NCBI GenBank assembly: GCA_020027215.1
Contig: JAHRAO010000038.1
Location: 30,179 to 94,178, forward strand
Length of the DNA stretch: 64,000 nucleotides
Direction: 5' to 3'
Source of the DNA: Gammaproteobacteria bacterium
GTDB taxonomy: Bacteria; Pseudomonadota; Gammaproteobacteria; JABABF01; JAHRAO01
The position numbers were made by a program, and so were the translations under genes. Below, in pieces: positions 62,444 to 64,000 of this stretch (position 1 is its first letter; each line of letters opens with the position of its first letter). The notes under the pieces were generated by a model, which made no database searches, had not been told where the DNA came from, and worked only from the letters and a program-made list of their open reading frames with translations.

Positions 62444-62819
62444 CGGCAGAAGCGACGGCAAAAGCAATGGTGCCAGATCGGTTCAGGCGCCAAAGATACC
62501 AGGGAAGCGCTATTATACTATTGGTGATGTATGTGCGCTATGCGATGAGCAAACGCATGTTTTGCGTTACTGGGAACAAAATATCCCCCAGTTAAAACCC
62601 AACAAAAGGCGTGGTGGGCGACGTTATTATACCTACAAAGATGTCGTGCTGATTCAAAAAATTCAAAGCATGCTTCGTGAACAGGGCTATAAGATTTCTG
62701 GGGTCAGAAAGTGGTTGGATAATCAGGGTGAAATAGAGCAAATTTCGCTGATTAAACATAAAATGGTGGATTTGCGTAAAGAATTAGAAGAAATTTATGC
62801 CGATCTCCAACCAAAATAA
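62397..62819 (+). CDS. MerR-family transcriptional regulator
   Basis: HTH YYTIGDVCALCDEQTHVLRYWE plus a coiled-coil tail. A MerR-like gene after ihfA and before tRNA-Pro mirrors Pseudomonas gene order. Confidence 0.65.
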   Translation: MPAKDLKNESISTRSNGRSDGKSNGARSVQAPKIPGKRYYTIGDVCALCDEQTHVLRYWEQNIPQLKPNKRRGGRRYYTYKDVVLIQKIQSMLREQGYKISGVRKWLDNQGEIEQISLIKHKMVDLRKELEEIYADLQPK

Positions 62820-62852
62820 ATATCGGTAGATATATTGCAAAAAATGAGAACT

Positions 62853-62929
62853 CGGGGCGTGGCGCAGTTTGGTAGCGCACCACACTGGGGGTGTGGTGGT
62901 CACAGGTTCAAATCCTGTCGTCCCGACCA
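62853..62929 (+). tRNA. tRNA-Pro (anticodon GGG)
   Basis: CGGGGCGTGGCGCAGTTTGGTAGCGCA...anticodon loop CTGGGGG...GGTTCAAATCC...CGTCCCGACCA (no encoded 3' CCA). Confidence 0.8.
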
Positions 62930-63016
62930 TAGCATTCCGGCTCCAGAGTGCCAGTCGAGCGGGTAGTCAATTATTTTATATATCAGTGAGCGCAGTGAGC
63001 GGACAGTGAGTAAATA

Positions 63017-64000
63017 GTGAGCGAATTAAAGAAAGAAATAACACCAGTTTTTATTGAAGACGAAGTGCGTAAATCGTATTTAGATTACGCAATGAGTGTG
63101 ATCATTGGACGCGCCTTACCCGATGTGCGTGATGGGCTTAAACCCGTCCATCGGCGAATTTTATTTGCCATGAACCAGTTGCGCAATACGGCAGACAAAC
63201 CGTATAAAAAATCGGCGCGGATAGTGGGTGATGTGATCGGTAAATATCATCCGCATGGCGATTCGGCAGTATACGATACGATTGTGCGCATGGCGCAAGA
63301 TTTTTCCATGCGCTACCCCTTAGTGGATGGACAGGGCAATTTTGGTTCTATGGATGGTGATGCGCCGGCGGCTATGCGTTATACCGAAATCCGCATGGCT
63401 AAAATCACCCGCGACCTCTTGGTGGATTTAGATAAAGACACGGTTGATTTTGTAGCAAATTATGACGGTACGGAACAGATTCCTTGTGTATTACCCGCCC
63501 GCCTCCCTCATTTATTGATCAATGGTTCGGATGGTATAGCGGTGGGAATGGCGACCGCTATACCCCCTCATAACATAGGTGAAGTGATCAATGCATGCTG
63601 TGCACTGATTGATAATCCCGATCTGTCTATTGGGGAACTCATTCAGTTAATCCCGGGTCCGGATTTCCCAACGGCGGCAATTATTAATGGGAACAGTGGT
63701 ATCAAGGCCGCCTATCAACAAGGACGAGGTCCAATTCGCTTGCGCGCGCACGCCACTATTGAGGATAAGCCCCACAATAAAGGAGAGACCATTATTGTGA
63801 CGGAACTCCCCTATCAAAGCAATAAAGCGAAGTTGATTGAGAAAATAGCGTTAGCTGTGCGTGCAGATAAGATACGTGGTATTAAAGAATTGCGCGATGA
63901 ATCTAATAAAGACGGTGTGCGAGTGGTTTTTGAAATCAAGCGGGAGGCACAGGCAGAAATCGTTTTGAATAATTTGTATTCACAAGGGTTTCTAGAAAAG
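63017..64000 (+). CDS. gyrA: DNA gyrase subunit A (N-terminal part; continues beyond the window)
   Basis: GTG start. (M)[54 protein letters not shown] is near-identical to the E. coli GyrA N-terminus. Catalytic Tyr region AAMRYTE. Not in the ORF table because there is no stop inside the window. Confidence 0.9.
   Translation, partial: MSELKKEITPVFIEDEVRKSYLDYAMSVIIGRALPDVRDGLKPVHRRILFAMNQLRNTADKPYKKSARIVGDVIGKYHPHGDSAVYDTIVRMAQDFSMRYPLVDGQGNFGSMDGDAPAAMRYTEIRMAKITRDLLVDLDKDTVDFVANYDGTEQIPCVLPARLPHLLINGSDGIAVGMATAIPPHNIGEVINACCALIDNPDLSIGELIQLIPGPDFPTAAIINGNSGIKAAYQQGRGPIRLRAHATIEDKPHNKGETIIVTELPYQSNKAKLIEKIALAVRADKIRGIKELRDESNKDGVRVVFEIKREAQAEIVLNNLYSQGFLEK

Noticed and set aside
1-64000. Search for CRISPR arrays, IS elements or transposases, integrases, rRNA genes and prophage structural genes.
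   Set aside because: No direct-repeat/spacer arrays, no transposase or integrase-like ORFs and no rRNA-like stretches were seen. The only phage-like content is the DnaT-like/P-like pair, which has no mobile-element context.

Overview
This 64 kb window looks like a chromosomal segment from a gammaproteobacterium. GC is about 45% and the gene order resembles Legionellales or Pseudomonas rather than enterics. It is densely coding. Most genes are housekeeping: acnA, hflKC-hisZ-purA, gltX, oadGAB, scpAB, dnaX-recR-rnd, waaA, aroQ-accBC, metXW, rsmD, mltD, msrA, thrS-infC-rpmI-rplT-pheST-ihfA and the start of gyrA. There are three tRNAs: Leu-CAG, Thr-CGU and Pro-GGG. Five accessory or unusual loci stand out. 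(1) A type II secretion (T2SS) locus, gspFGHIJKLMN. It has no gspCDE in the window. It is translationally coupled upstream to djlA, an unknown secreted protein, and a VesB-like trypsin protease carrying a GlyGly-CTERM sorting signal. A gspA-gspB (ExeAB-like) pair lies nearby, next to ampD. (2) A three-gene RiPP-type cluster: a Sec-secreted precursor with tandem EGKCG repeats, a DUF692 multinuclear non-heme iron oxidase (MNIO) and a DUF2063 partner. This matches the Hvf/bufferin metallophore architecture and sits behind a near-consensus sigma70 promoter. (3) An apparently domesticated, phage-derived replication pair: a protein with three tandem DnaT C-terminal-like repeats, followed by a lambda P-like protein. 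No other phage genes flank it. (4) A two-HKD phospholipase D (PLD) family protein with an acidic tail. (5) A small polysaccharide gene set between tRNA-Thr and thrS: a WecA-like transferase, a KdsC-like phosphatase, a Wzx flippase and a GT4 glycosyltransferase. I saw no rRNA, CRISPR array, IS element or integrase. All annotations come from reading the translations and the DNA; no database search was possible.
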